Assembly (NCBI GenBank): GCA_963664435.2
Contig: CAXXKM010000003.1
Span: 384,001-448,000, forward strand
Length of the DNA stretch: 64,000 bases
Reading direction: 5' to 3'
Origin: Longimicrobiales bacterium
GTDB lineage: Bacteria; Gemmatimonadota; Gemmatimonadetes; Longimicrobiales; Gaopeijiaceae
Shown here: in pieces, positions 21,008 through 31,383 of the stretch
Layout of the letters: each line of letters starts with the position of its first letter
How positions within the stretch are numbered: position 1 is the first letter of the stretch
Notes under the pieces: model-generated
Database searches by the model: none
Told to the model about the DNA's origin: nothing
Seen by the model: the letters and a program-made list of their open reading frames with translations, nothing else
Translations under genes and position numbers: made by a program

Positions 21008-21439
21008 CCAACGGCACGTCGTTCCGACGGTCGGATCCGGCTGAACGCCGGGGCTGCCGACGGCCAGCTCCCCTCGCCGTTCAAGATGGGAGTGACCCCC
21101 GTCGGAGGCCTCTCGGAGGTGGAGGGTGAAGCGCGCGCCCTAGCGCCGTCCGAACGTCAGGCTCGGCCCTGCGGCGGTGGGCGAAACATCTCCAGCGTCG
21201 TACTCGATGCCCGCTCTCACCGCCGTGCGGACGAACCACCGGGCGCGTCCGAGCCGGCGGATTGCCTTCGATGGCGCTGGACTTGGTTCGGACGGGTAAG
21301 ACGGATCGGCCATTCCCGCCGTGTCTTCGCCGTGTGGGCAGCCCCGGCAATGGGATTGAAGATTCTTCTGATTCTAAGGATCGCTGTCACGGTGCAGAAA
21401 GGCTCACCTCGAGTCCACCTTCAGCCGCCAAGTGTCGCG

Positions 21440-21916
21440 CTAACGTCGGCGGTCTGGATCCGGCTCGGTAAGCGCTTCACCTGCTTGCGCCTCGCCTATG
21501 CCGGCAGCCTGCCTACCTGCCGGAGTAAGCGCGAATTCGTCTTCCGTCAGGTCGCCGTAGAGATAGGCCCAGTTCTCGCCATTGTGCTGGCTCACGATCA
21601 TGACCGAAGTAGTGTCCTGGAGATACGACCTAGGCCTCACGACGCAGTTCCGCCACGCTCCCAACACATAGGTCAGCCTGTACAGAGACTCGCGGGTCTT
21701 GTGGTCGTCCCACAACAACCCATTGACCCTTACCTCTGGTATGTATCCACCCCCAACCTCACCCGCCTCCACCATCCGCAAACGACCGCCAGCATTGAAC
21801 CTTTCGATGGCGTCCTCAGCGGCCTCGACAACCCGTTCGTCGTCGCATCTCCACTGCGCCTCAACCGGCGCAGCCAGCACGCCCAGCGCCCCAAGTCCTA
21901 CCAGCAGCTTTCTCAT
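21440..21916 (-). CDS. Hypothetical exported protein
   Basis: Signal peptide MRKLLVGLGALGVLAAPVEA; GGAGG RBS. Confidence 0.7.
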   Translation of the reverse strand: MRKLLVGLGALGVLAAPVEAQWRCDDERVVEAAEDAIERFNAGGRLRMVEAGEVGGGYIPEVRVNGLLWDDHKTRESLYRLTYVLGAWRNCVVRPRSYLQDTTSVMIVSQHNGENWAYLYGDLTEDEFALTPAGRQAAGIGEAQAGEALTEPDPDRRR

Positions 21917-22744
21917 TTCGAAGCCTCCTTACACTTCGGACAGGTGGAAAACTCAACATGCCCGTTCACGAACGCTTCCTTCACGTATGCAATGCCGCAA
22001 GCGAGCCCACGTGACTTCGCTAGAACAAGGTGGGTCAGCAGGCCAGTCTTCTCCACGAAAGCCGGATTGCGGCAGCAGTGCCAACAGGTCACGTCGCGAC
22101 CGATTTCCGTCAACCGCCCCCTCACCCTTCTCCTGCAAACGGCCTTTCGGTCGCCCGCGTCGAAATGTGTTTTTGCCAATCGTTTCGTCCTGGATTGCTC
22201 CCCGAACCGAATCCTCGAGGGCCTGTCGAGCGCCACGCCATCAAACAGGTCGGCTTGCCGAACCGGGATGAGCTCTTAGGTGGAAGGTGGGACTTGGTCG
22301 ACCGGGTGGCAACAGCGACCGCACCACCCCTAGGATCATCCTGCCCAATCGCCCTCCGGAACGCCCAGAATCGCCTTGTGAGCGTCTTTGTCGGCCTCGG
22401 CGGGGATGCGCGGGGGGCTGTGGCCTCGATGGTCGCCACTGTCGGTCGTCAGTCCAAGCCTGAAGGCCCACCGCCAGCCGCATCGCCCCCAGTTGATCGC
22501 CCGCGCCTGAGTCTGCCGTCTTGCGGTAGAGTTAGATGGTGATCGAGACCAGCGGCGCATGGGGACTTGCCGGGGGCGGCGCGCGACCGGTGGCGAACCC
22601 GGTCCCGGCACGCGGACGGCGAATCGCCGGGCGGGCGGCTACCCCATCGGGATGCGCCGCCACGAGGGAACGGGGGGCGACGCCCCCGCCCGCGCAATCC
22701 ACTGGAGCGCGGGGCTTCCAGGGTTCGAAGGGGCGGAGTCCCTC

Positions 22745-22807
22745 GCCAGCCCCGGTGTATTACACGGGGTAGGCTGGCTGAACCACGTTAGCGTGGCTAA
22801 GCCAGCC
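22745..22807. other. MOBV-type oriT-like overlapping inverted repeats
   Basis: GCCAGCC-CCGGTGTATTACACGGGGTA-GGCTGGC overlapping GGCTGGCT..CCACG-TTAG-CGTGG..AGCCAGCC; GTGTATTACAC resembles the pMV158-family nick region. Confidence 0.4.
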
Positions 22808-23335
22808 CGGTGGTGCCGCCGAGAAACGCTCCGGGCACCGCCCGCAACAGTGTCCACCGGGGCGTCGCGAGCAGCCCCTCGGCGCTGCGGTCGCCAGTTG
22901 TCTCATGGGCGGCGAGCGCGCGGTCGCGTTCCGCCCTGCCTTCGACCCCCTCGGGAACCCGAGATCGTCGATCTCGGGCGATCCTGCGGCCCGCAAGTTA
23001 CCCGAAAACGCTCCGGAACCCGCGGAAATGGCCTCTGAGCCGAGCATGGAAAGAACGCCGGTTGCGCAACATGGACCTGCCCCGCTTTCACGGACGGTTG
23101 GTTCATGGGGTTGATGGTGTCTGATGTGGTTTGCCTCTCCCTTGCGGAGAGGGGCGGCGGAATTGGACCCTCGGTCGAACGGTGGGTCTCCCGGCGTCCG
23201 ACCGAGGGTGGGCAAGCGAAGCGCGCCAGCCCGCCAGGCCCGCCGGCACGCGAGCCGGATCCGTGGCATGGCCGGGATGCTGGCACGAAGCCTATCGCGT
23301 AGGTGCGGGAACGTGGTGAGGGCGATCCGACGGCG

Positions 23336-24364
23336 TCATCGCCAGGGAGGCGTAGCAACTCCCAACTCCCGCGCAACCTGCAGGAAGTAGGTTGCTCTTC
23401 TACTACTCATCCGACTCTCCAATAACTCAAGCTCGATCCGCTCCGACTCGGCTTGAGCTGCGGCCCTTTGCCTGGCTGCTTGCCTAAACGCCTCGGCGTC
23501 CGCCTCGGCGATCCGGGTCTGATCCTCAGCAAAGAGCCGTAAGCTATCCATCCTAGCAACAAAATCGGACCTGAGCCGGTTCCATTCCAACTGAGATTCG
23601 ACCACGGGGCACCAGAAACGCACCGAGTCTGCGGCTGCCGGCAACCCCGCCAATGGGAATTCGACGACGCCTTTGAGCTCGATGCCCACCGTATCTCGGC
23701 CGAAATAGTGGGCTGCCGCGTAGTCGTGAGCTTGATGCCATCCCTCACGGACGACCGCTTCAAGGCGATCAAACTCGCTACGTGCCCTTTCCCCTTCAGC
23801 GCGCATGCGTCTGTCATCGGATCCGAGTGTGCTTAGGTACCGGTCATGATATACCACGGCCAGACCCATAAGGCCGTCACGCGCCTCCTGCGTAGCGTTC
23901 CTCGTAGTGAATCTCGGGGGCCCGAGGCCCGTCTGGCCCTCGAGATACCAGCCTCCAACGGTGGGCCGCGGCTGATACTCCCACGCGTAAACACGGCCAT
24001 CCACGGCCATGCGCGCGGCATCCAGCAGCCCGAACTGTCCGCGGAGCTCCTCGAACGCTTCCTCATCATCCACGAGCAACGACGTATCCGGCAGGGATAT
24101 GCGGAAAAACAGACCATCCCGGTGCCACGGTGGTTCGCTCACCTGATCCACTCGACACCAATAGCCCACGGTAACCGGAATTGTATCGCGGCCGGCGACC
24201 AGATTCTCCGTAGGACCGTAGGTACGAAACAGGCCGGTTCGCCGGCCGGTCAGGTTGTCGACGTCCGCCTCAACGGAGCCGGGCCAAGCAACCTGATCCG
24301 CCGGATCACTACAACCGCAGAAGGCAAAGCTAACCGCAAGCGCAACGACAGCGCCTCTCGCCAT
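23336..24364 (-). CDS. Hypothetical lipoprotein (paralog of 43953-44822)
   Basis: Lipobox-like FCG-C; shared WPGSV..LTG.RTG.FR, GRDTIPVT.GYWC, AAADSVRFWCPVV. Confidence 0.75.
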   Translation of the reverse strand: MARGAVVALAVSFAFCGCSDPADQVAWPGSVEADVDNLTGRRTGLFRTYGPTENLVAGRDTIPVTVGYWCRVDQVSEPPWHRDGLFFRISLPDTSLLVDDEEAFEELRGQFGLLDAARMAVDGRVYAWEYQPRPTVGGWYLEGQTGLGPPRFTTRNATQEARDGLMGLAVVYHDRYLSTLGSDDRRMRAEGERARSEFDRLEAVVREGWHQAHDYAAAHYFGRDTVGIELKGVVEFPLAGLPAAADSVRFWCPVVESQLEWNRLRSDFVARMDSLRLFAEDQTRIAEADAEAFRQAARQRAAAQAESERIELELLESRMSSRRATYFLQVARELGVATPPWR

Positions 24365-24695
24365 TACTTCTCCCGAGTGAGTGGGTCCGAAGGGTCACCA
24401 CAACACCGAGATTGCTGCGGTTTGCCCGGCCTGCGCAAGGGAGGCCACGGGAGAGTTGTTGTGGGTGCAGCTGGATTCGCGCGCTGAGTGCAACCCATCC
24501 TGCGGGACGCTGGACGGGCGGTTGGCTCAGAACGGCTGCGACGAGTCTGCGGAGGAACCATGCTTACGAGTTCTGCACGGAAGGTGCCTTGTCCCGAAGG
24601 GCACCTGTTGCCGGCACGCCATTGCGCCGAACCATCCGTGCTGGCATCCTTGGCGTCGGTCCTCTCCGGCGTCGTAATCAACCTTAGGATCCGAA

Positions 24696-25430
24696 ATGAG
24701 CAAGAGCTACACTTCCGATCTTGACGCAGCCCACCACCGCTTTTTCCACAAGCTGAGGATTGACCACGAGACGGGATCAATCTCGAAGGACCGTAAGTTC
24801 GCCGGTTATCCGTACGTGGGCGCGCGATATGGCGTCGATCCCCGATGTAACAAACTCCTTGTGGTCGGTTTGGATTCCGGCAAGGACAAGAATCCCGGTG
24901 GTGGCCCTTTTCGAGATCGCGGAGAGTTTGAGAGGGCGGCCGTTGATCCGAAGCTCAATGCTCACATGGCGGGAGTCTACTTCGCCGCGCTTCGTTACGC
25001 GTGGCCGCCGGATTGGGGTTGGAGGCATGTGGAGGCTCAACAGGAGACATGCGAAAGGTTGCTCAAGAAACGCGGGTGGGGTCTCGTACTGGAAGAGCTG
25101 AAAGGGAACCCGCTACAGTACATCGCCTTCACGAACTTCTACAAGTGGGTCACGAAAGGGCGGGAAAACCGGGCGGGCGAGAAGGATCGTACGCACTTCG
25201 ATCGCCAAGCTGAGATTGCGCTTTTTCACGAGGAGGTGCGCGTCTTGCAACCCGACATCGTCGTGTTCCAGAGCAAACGGTTCGTAGAACCCGAGTTCGC
25301 CAACACCCGCCGCTTCGTCGAAGGAATCGCTCACTGTTATGTTCTCGTGCATCCCTCCAATCGAGAACGAGGTGGGCGTCGTCCGCGTAGCGTCGTGACA
25401 CCCCTTTATCGACGCACCAAGAGGGCGTAA
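24696..25430 (+). CDS. Uracil-DNA glycosylase superfamily-like protein
   Basis: PYVGARY..LLVVG, IAFTNFYK, EVRVLQPDIVVF, HPS motifs. Confidence 0.65.
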   Translation: MSKSYTSDLDAAHHRFFHKLRIDHETGSISKDRKFAGYPYVGARYGVDPRCNKLLVVGLDSGKDKNPGGGPFRDRGEFERAAVDPKLNAHMAGVYFAALRYAWPPDWGWRHVEAQQETCERLLKKRGWGLVLEELKGNPLQYIAFTNFYKWVTKGRENRAGEKDRTHFDRQAEIALFHEEVRVLQPDIVVFQSKRFVEPEFANTRRFVEGIAHCYVLVHPSNRERGGRRPRSVVTPLYRRTKRA

Positions 25431-25705
25431 CGTAACGGGGTCTTGGCTCCCGCCAATCGAACCCGTTTTCCCGCTGTCGCGGCACGATCCAGCGGGGTCC
25501 AGTCCAACGGCAGAAAACGCAGATCGTGCAGTCCTGTAAGACTTTAAACGATTCTCTGCCGGGATTCGGACCTCGTGTGCTCCGCCGTAACGTCAGGGTT
25601 GCTCACCCGATCCCGGCATCCCCTGAACCCCTCAACGGAGGTCGCAGTCATCCCGTATATTGGACAGCCTGACCAAGACGGGAACGGACCAGGGAGCCAC
25701 AGGCC

Positions 25706-26281
25706 ATGACACCACGATCCACCTACCAACTCAGAATCGCCCTCAAGTGGGCCAAGCCACAAATCTGGCGCCGTTTCCTCATAGACCCGACCATGACGCT
25801 CGCCGACCTTCACGAGGTGGTACAGGTGGTCATGGGCTGGGAAGACTGCCACCTGCATGTCTTCGTCAAGCAGACGCATCGCTTCAGCGTCCCCAGCCCC
25901 TGGGACGACGAGTGGACCCCGCCCGGAATGCCCAGGGACCTGGACGCCAGGAACTTCCGCATCGGCCAGCTCCTGACGCGGGAAAAGGACTGGATCGATT
26001 ACACGTATGACTTCGGCGACAACTGGAAGCACAGGATCACGCTGCAGAAGATCCTGCCGCAGAATCCCCGGCAGCGTCTTCCCGCGTGCATTTCGGGGAA
26101 ACGCCGGTGTCCGCCGGAAGATAGTGGCGGCGTGGGGGGCTATTACCACATGCTCTCGGTCCTGCAGGATCCGAAGGATGGGGATCACGCGCATATCTCG
26201 GAGTGGATGGGCGAAGACTTCGATCCGGACGAGTTCAGCGTGGACGCCGTCAACCGGCGGCTCCGGCGGATGTACGGGTGA
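25706..26281 (+). CDS. Plasmid pRiA4b ORF-3 family protein (second copy)
   Basis: YQLRIAL..IWRR, YTYDFGDNWKHRI, CPPEDSGG. Confidence 0.9.
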   Translation: MTPRSTYQLRIALKWAKPQIWRRFLIDPTMTLADLHEVVQVVMGWEDCHLHVFVKQTHRFSVPSPWDDEWTPPGMPRDLDARNFRIGQLLTREKDWIDYTYDFGDNWKHRITLQKILPQNPRQRLPACISGKRRCPPEDSGGVGGYYHMLSVLQDPKDGDHAHISEWMGEDFDPDEFSVDAVNRRLRRMYG

Positions 26282-26607
26282 GGATCCGCGCAAGCACTTG
26301 GACGGAGCGATCAACTTTCCCGAGGACCGTACCCAATGAGGCGCCAACCCGACGTGCGCGAATGCGCCATGCTCCGCCAGCCACCGCGTCGGACTCTACT
26401 TGGAACAACCGCCGTTCCTGCAATTCAGCGCCAGCCCCTTCACACGCGCCGAGTCCGCGGGCGGCGGGGTTCCGGGGACCTGAGGCTGTGGTTCGACGGG
26501 GCGTCTACCGGCAGCGGCCCACGGCCGCTGGCTCGCGCAGGCCAGGTGGTCGGGCGATGTCGCCACCCAGGCCGAAACCAACTTCAGCCGTCCGACCCTG
26601 GAGGCCG

Positions 26608-26802
26608 GTGCGTCAAGTCGCCGGCTGGTTCGACGAGGGGATGAACCGAGTCTCCGGTTGGTATCGCCGGCAGACCCAACTGATCATCTTCGCGATCGGC
26701 GCCATCGTGGCCGGATCGCCCAACGCGATCACCGTGCACGTCGTGCAGGACCTCTGGGGAGCAGGCCGCGCGGTGGATGAGTGGGGCGGTCCTCAGGCTT
26801 GA
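26608..26802 (+). pseudogene. Fragment of membrane protein
   Basis: WFDEGMNRVSGWYRRQTQLIIFAIG segment without a credible start. Confidence 0.35.
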
Positions 26803-26884
26803 TCAGCGCTCAGAACCAGCCCAATTGATCTGAGGCGGCTCTACACTAACGTTAACCGGTCCGGCTGCGGCCTCGTCGAGGCTC

Positions 26885-27879
26885 GTGGGAGCCTTTGACC
26901 AACCCTGTTGGCACGTACTCGCCATGTTCTTTCCCGACATCCACGACCGGGACTTCATCGAACTGCTTGGAGCCCTCCCCAGTTCACCGGCAACGACTCG
27001 CGCACACATCCTTGACGCATTCGGCGTCCTGGTCACCGGCGACGATCCAGTCGGGTGGTGGGACGCACTGACGCTCGATCGGGGCGACGAGGGCGCTGCT
27101 CAGGCCGTAGCACAGCTGATCATCTCGAGGGGCGGGAAACGCGTTTTGGCATTGATAAGGGCCGAAGCCGCCGGTCGGAGCGTCACACCCCGAGCGGATG
27201 ATTCGAAGCTTGTGAGACTGCTCTTCGACGAGGCCATGGAGGACTTCCTCTACGATCAGTGGGGCTTGCAGTACGGCGTGTGCGAGTATTACAAGGAGAC
27301 GCAGGTGGTTCTGGAGGATGAGGACCCTAATCTTCCGGAGCCTGAAGACGACTACGATCGGGATGACCTCGAACAAGACGAGGAGGACGCGGAGGATGGC
27401 CCCAGTATCTTCGATCTGTTCTCAGGCAAGCCGCGACCGAGCGCACAACGGGGCGCCAAGTGGGTCCTGGAGCGCGTTCAAAACCCATCGAGGGGGTTTC
27501 TCACCGTTCCCGATCTATGGAAAGAGAGGGACCTGGAGGAGTTCCTTTGGTCCCAATGGGAGTCCATCGACTTTGGCTTCGACCGGCCGATCTACCTCGT
27601 CGGTAAGCAGCAGCGCCTGAGCGACGGCACCAGCGACCGGGTCGATCTCCTCGCCAACGGCAGGTCAGGCGAGAAGATCGCAATCGCACTGAAGATCGTC
27701 GAGGCACAGCCCGGGGACTACACCCAGCTCACGTCCTACATGGGAAACCTGGAGTCGAGCGGTGTACCCGCAGACAAGGTGCGCGGCGTCCTTCTCGCGC
27801 CTGCCTTTCCTCAAAGGTGCTCAACTCAACGGCGATCGAACCCCGGATAACCCTCCTCCGGTTCAACAGAGGACCTTAA
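26885..27879 (+). pseudogene. NucS-like nuclease domain protein, degenerate
   Basis: ERDLEEFL..RVDLL..IAIALK (Ala where ExK needs Glu); C-terminal frameshift near 27812 (alternate frame VLNSTAIEPRITLLRF). Confidence 0.6.
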
Positions 27880-28002
27880 GGAACACCACACCGGCGCGGC
27901 GCACCCCTGCGGCGTTACAGATTCCGGAGGATCACCTTCTTCGAAGTGAGCCGGGCTCTCCCTCTCGACCACCTGCGCCCGGAATCGCGATAATCCGTTT
28001 GT

Positions 28003-28206
28003 TCAATTGAAGCCGCCTCTTGTCTTGCTCCCTTTTGAGCGGCGTTCCAGCAGCCAGCACACCACAAACAGGACCACCGCAATGGTTCCGAGTACCACCC
28101 AGGATGCTCCAGTGACTTCCGCGATAACGATACCCATGATCACGGTGATCACGATGTTGGGAATCCCAAAGACACGGCCTCTGGCTGACTTCTGCTTGGT
28201 TAGCAT
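28003..28206 (-). CDS. Small two-TM membrane protein
   Basis: Two hydrophobic stretches, AAGGAAGAA RBS before ATG. Confidence 0.55.
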   Translation of the reverse strand: MLTKQKSARGRVFGIPNIVITVIMGIVIAEVTGASWVVLGTIAVVLFVVCWLLERRSKGSKTRGGFN

Positions 28207-29299
28207 CGTTTCTTCCTTTCTTGGTGGCGGGCCTCGTCCCGGTGCGGAAGCCTCGGAGCCCATGCTAGAAGGTAGATTCTGTCAGAGCAAGAGTAGATGC
28301 CTGGCTGACGGCGAGCTCAGCTGCTACCCGGTAGCTGCACGGCCATTGCAGCTCTTACGACAGCCCACCGAGCTCTCCTCCCGTATTCTCCGCACAGCCT
28401 CGATCCAGCGCCGCGTACTCCTCTGGTCGAAAAACGTCACGCATCCGCGGAATATCTGGGCAACTGATTTGAAGCATTCCAGGTCCATCAAGGATACCCA
28501 ACTCTCTGTGAGCAGCATTCGGCACGCCACGCCATGAACACTGGGATTTGAGGATAAATGTCATCAGGATCCGTTATCCAACCCCGGCGGACCCAGAGGC
28601 GCCGAGCTGGTCACCAATTCTAGTCGTCGTCCGGCGCCTCATAAACATAAAGCCCGGTCGGCCCGGATCGCTGTGGTGGAGAGGAAGGGATGTCGCTCGG
28701 AAGTTCAGGTGGGGGTATGTCGTCTAAGGGATGAGATAATCCAAGGGCAGGTAGCAGGAAGACAATGTCGGCATCCTCCGGCGGTACCGACGTGGCTCCC
28801 ATGGTTCCAAGGTTTCCGGTGGCGGCGTGGACCGATCTCGAACTTCCAGGCAGGATTAAGTCAACATACTGGCTGAACACACGCAGCCGCCACCGTGGAT
28901 GACGGCGGAACTTGTCGTGAAATCCCTCGAGTTGTGACCCGCCTCCGACTAGAACCACGCGAATGTCTTTCCAGTTATCCGAATTCCTATCTCTCTTGTA
29001 TGCTTCGCCAAAGCTCCGAACGTAATCGCCAAAACAGTATCCAGCCACTTCGTCCACAGCTCGACCTAAGTCATCTGGGACAAGAGACCGACACTCCCTC
29101 CCAAGGTCCACGCACCGGTTGGCAGCGAGCTCCCGCTTCGCCGCCCGGACCGCAGGAAATAGGCGCGGTCTGTCGTTGTCGGGAGCTCCCGAGGTTACAA
29201 GAAGCCTTTCGTCAACTTCATCGCATCCAACGAGACAAGTCTGCGCGGAGAAGAAGTATATACGGTCTCCTTCCTCGCGGGTGACCCATCTGAACCATC

Positions 29300-30379
29300 C
29301 TAGTGTTGTGCCGCTAAAGCGGTGTTGGCACGGTTGACCTTAGCCAGGATGTCGCGAACGGTGGCGGTCCAGACGAAGGGTTTCGGGGCGCGGTTCCTGT
29401 GGTCGATGTAGGACGTGATCGCGTGGACGAGCTGGCCGACGCTGTGGACGGCGAGGCGTTTGAGCTGGCGCTGCGTGAGTTCGGAGAAGAAGCGCTCGAC
29501 GAGATTGAGCCACGAGGACGAGGTGGGCACGAAGTGGAAGTGGACTCGGGGGTGCCGGTCCAGCCAGTCCTTCACTCGGGCATGCTTGTGGGTGGCGTAG
29601 TTGTCGAGGATGAAGTGCAGGTCGAGTTCCGGGTCGCATTGTTTTTCGACGGTGCGCAGGAAGCGGAGGAACTCCTGGTGCCGGTGACGGGGCAGACACT
29701 GGTGGATGACCTCTCCGGTGGCGACGTCCAGCGCCGCGAACAGCGTCGTGGTCCCGTGGCGCTTGTAGTCGTGCGTCATGGTGCCCGCCCGTCCCTTCTT
29801 GAGCGGCAACCCCGGCTGGGTCCGGTCCAGGGCCTGGATCTGGCTCTTCTCGTCGAAGGAGAAGACGATCGCCCGCTCCGGCGGCGCCACGTAGAGCCCC
29901 ACCACGTCGCGGAGCTTCTCGACGAAGCGGGGATCGGTGGAGAGCTTGAAGTAGCGCACCCTGTGGGGCTTCAGTCCGTGGGCGTTCCAGATCCGCCCCA
30001 CCTGGCTGTGATGCAGCCCCATGCCCTCGGCCATCAGGCGGGTGCTCCAGTGCGTCCCCCGCGGCGGTTTCTCCTCGAGCGTGCGGCGCACGACCTCGGC
30101 CTCGACTTCGGGCGTGATCGTACTTCGCGGCCGACCGGGGCGGGACCGATCCTCAAGTCCCGCGAGCCCCTCTTCGTCGTACCGGTCCAGCCATCTTTGC
30201 ACGGTCGGCAGCGAGACGCCGATCTCGCGGGCCAGCGTCCGGCCCGGCAAACCTCCGGCCGAACCCAGTATGATCCGGGCGCGCTCCACGCGCCGCTGCG
30301 GGGTCGTGCGGGCTCGAACCCATCCCTCGAGCTCCTTGCGGTCCCCGGGTCGCAATCGAATCCTTCGCAGAGCAGGCAT
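29300..30379 (-). CDS. IS630-family transposase
   Basis: DEKSQIQALDRTQP, HDYKRHGT, LDNYATHK, SWLNLVERFF; stop uses the target TA. Confidence 0.95.
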   Translation of the reverse strand: MPALRRIRLRPGDRKELEGWVRARTTPQRRVERARIILGSAGGLPGRTLAREIGVSLPTVQRWLDRYDEEGLAGLEDRSRPGRPRSTITPEVEAEVVRRTLEEKPPRGTHWSTRLMAEGMGLHHSQVGRIWNAHGLKPHRVRYFKLSTDPRFVEKLRDVVGLYVAPPERAIVFSFDEKSQIQALDRTQPGLPLKKGRAGTMTHDYKRHGTTTLFAALDVATGEVIHQCLPRHRHQEFLRFLRTVEKQCDPELDLHFILDNYATHKHARVKDWLDRHPRVHFHFVPTSSSWLNLVERFFSELTQRQLKRLAVHSVGQLVHAITSYIDHRNRAPKPFVWTATVRDILAKVNRANTALAAQH

Positions 30380-30436
30380 GCATGGAAGATAGCGGCTTCT
30401 CCATGCGTTAACCCTGCCACTTATGCGACACTACAC
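29303..30436 (-). mobile_element. IS630-family insertion sequence with TA target duplication
   Basis: Ends GTGTTGTGCCGC / GTGTAGTGTCGC (reverse complement); TA at 29301-29302 and 30437-30438. Confidence 0.93.
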
Positions 30437-31383
30437 TAGGTCCGTGGTACCAGCGCCGATATCCACGATTGCGGTGTATCGGAGACTGTCCGGCAGGATC
30501 GACGCCAATGCCGCTTCCGCGCCCTTCACGGTGGCTGACGACTCCGGGATCAACGCCCACCGCTTGACCTCGAGATCTGGCAAGCCGGTATTCTCTCTTT
30601 CCAGGACGTCCATCCATCTAGTCCAAAGGGCGGAGTAGTCTTCCAAGCGCAGATCATCCGTCTCTGCGAAGTCGACGGCGGCATCGAGAGCCATCTGGAA
30701 TCCTTTCTGGATGGGACCATCGTCGAGTTGCGACACTGGAATGTCGAGATTGTAGTAGAAAGCCACGGAATCCGCACCATACTCTTGTGCCACCAACTGC
30801 CGGACTCGACGGAGCACTGAACCGAGGAAGGCGGCTACAAGGAAGTGGGGGTAGGCAGCGAGGCCTTGCGGCCGCCGAGGTAGTTCGGGCGATGCTGGGT
30901 ATCGAATGTCTCCGTCAGCGCCCAACAGCGTTCGCTTGAGTGAGCGAAACACGATGCCCTTCTGGTGTCGCTCGGCATCGCCACCGAACAGCAAACGAGC
31001 ATCGTCAAGTGCCACGGTCGACGGAAAGCTGAACCGTGAGAATCCGGTCAGGGTGGTACCGAAGTCGATGGCCGATGCCAACCGATCCTTGTCCAACCGG
31101 CGTACGACGACCTTGGTCCCGGAGGTTCCAAAATCGAGACCGATTACTACGACAATGGTCGGAGGAGTCCTTCCAGGAATGGTCGTTTCCGTCGGCCCGG
31201 AAGTGGCCGCTTCGGTCGGCGCGGGAGAGGGCTCCACCGCTGGTTCGGGAGCGGTTGCCTCCGTCGACTTGGGAGTGAACCCCTCCGTTAGCTGGGAAGT
31301 TGCCGTTTCTGCGGATTCAGAAGGTACCGCTGTCCTACGCGAGAAACCAGTGCGAAGAAATCGGCGTAGGGTGCGGAACCAAC

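Larger units (their letters stand above)
19302..25438. mobile_element. Decayed integrative mobilisable element
   Basis: Imperfect direct repeats CCAAGAGGG..TAACGTAACGG at 19302-19328 and 25417-25438 bracket integrase, mobC remnant, oriT-like hairpins and cargo. Confidence 0.45.
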
